Shown here: positions 63,180 to 64,000 of the stretch, in pieces
Position numbering within the stretch: position 1 is the first letter of the stretch
Layout: each line of letters begins with the position of its first letter
Source of the DNA: Takakia lepidozioides
Lineage: Eukaryota > Plantae > Bryophyta
Assembly: GCA_030704615.1 (NCBI GenBank)
Contig: CM060733.1
Span: 46,438,001 to 46,502,000, forward strand
Reading direction: 5' to 3'
DNA length: 64,000 bases
Notes under the pieces: generated by a model
What the model saw: the letters and a program-made list of their open reading frames with translations, nothing else
What the model was told of the DNA's origin: nothing
Database searches by the model: none
Program-made: the position numbers and the translations under genes

Positions 63180-64000
63180 TGAAAATGTGACTGACATGGA
63201 TGAAGTACGATTCAGGAAAAGCTTAGAAGATTGAAGAACTTTGGGAGAAGTATTTTGCGAACCCTTCCCAGCGGTGGGACAACGAAGTTAACAAGGTATC
63301 GCTGGGGCTACCAGTCAGTTGATGATAGAAATTCAATGCAAGTACGCAAAGAACAGATTCTACGCTTTCTGTTTCACAGAGTGTCCACAACCTTATACAA
63401 GCCAGAACTATTCTCCTCACTTGTTATGTAGATGGTCAAGCACAATGATGTGGAGCACTTGTAATTCCTCTTTGGACTCTTTTGGAGTGAGCCAGAGTAC
63501 ATTGTAGAGATTTCAGTATGAGATGGGGTGGTTCCTTGGACTTATCAGGTGGTCACTGGTGCAAATTTGTAGCATCCAGTGATGTGAAGGTGAGTTTTCC
63601 TGAGTCATTAACTGCTTCACGGATGTTCATGAGTACATGCAATGTACTTGGAATCAAGTTGGACAGACCTGACAAGGTAGTGAAGAAGAAAGTGCAGGCA
63701 GCTTTTGGTGTGCCAAAGGAGCCGAGTAATGTGGTCACTGGGGACCAAATTCTTAGTAAGGACTTGAGTGAAATCAGAAATGATTCTCCTTTGTTGCTCA
63801 CAAAAAGCATATATCGCAGCATATCAGGCTGAAGATGCAATGGAATTTTTCAATTATATGTGCCAAGAAGGTATGCACTTGGATTGGATTACTTACTTGA
63901 GCATCTTGACAGCATTTGGCAGTACAGCAGCTTTGAAATGGGGCAAAGAAGTTCATCCGTGCATCAGATATGATGGCCTTGAATCATATGTGCGTGTAGG
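63180..64000 (+). pseudogene. PDF-motif plus PPR gene (degenerate), running off the window end
   Basis: IEELWEKYFANPSQRWDN (63231-63296); terminal TAALKWGKEVHPCIRYDGLESYVRV PPR L-motif; in-frame stops. Confidence 0.6.

Overview
Eukaryotic, intron-containing land-plant DNA that looks bryophyte-like (species not determinable). Host genes: an apparently intact multi-exon ATG2 (minus, 37463-49280), a disrupted nucleostemin/GNL3-like GTPase, an intronless dual-specificity phosphatase with giant-virus-like motifs, and F-box, LRR and PDF-motif/PPR pseudogenes. These sit among nested TEs (Copia, LINE, MULE-, hAT- and piggyBac-like elements). The most notable feature is a pair of convergent Ty3/Gypsy retrotransposons (459-~12491 plus; 14445-~19005 minus) that together show four unusual traits. 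(1) A DNMT3/DRM-like cytosine methyltransferase C-terminus lies in pol upstream of RT; it is retained in copy 2 and absent, in frame, from copy 1. (2) A PHD finger is fused to integrase. (3) The primer-binding site is complementary to the element's own LTR rather than a tRNA (Tf1-like self-priming). (4) The termini are split (B-internal-A-B-A), with the TG and CA ends falling exactly at an internal palindromic ACA-GC-TGT junction, as if a two-LTR circle were opened inside the LTR. All calls were made by eye from motifs; no database searches were run.
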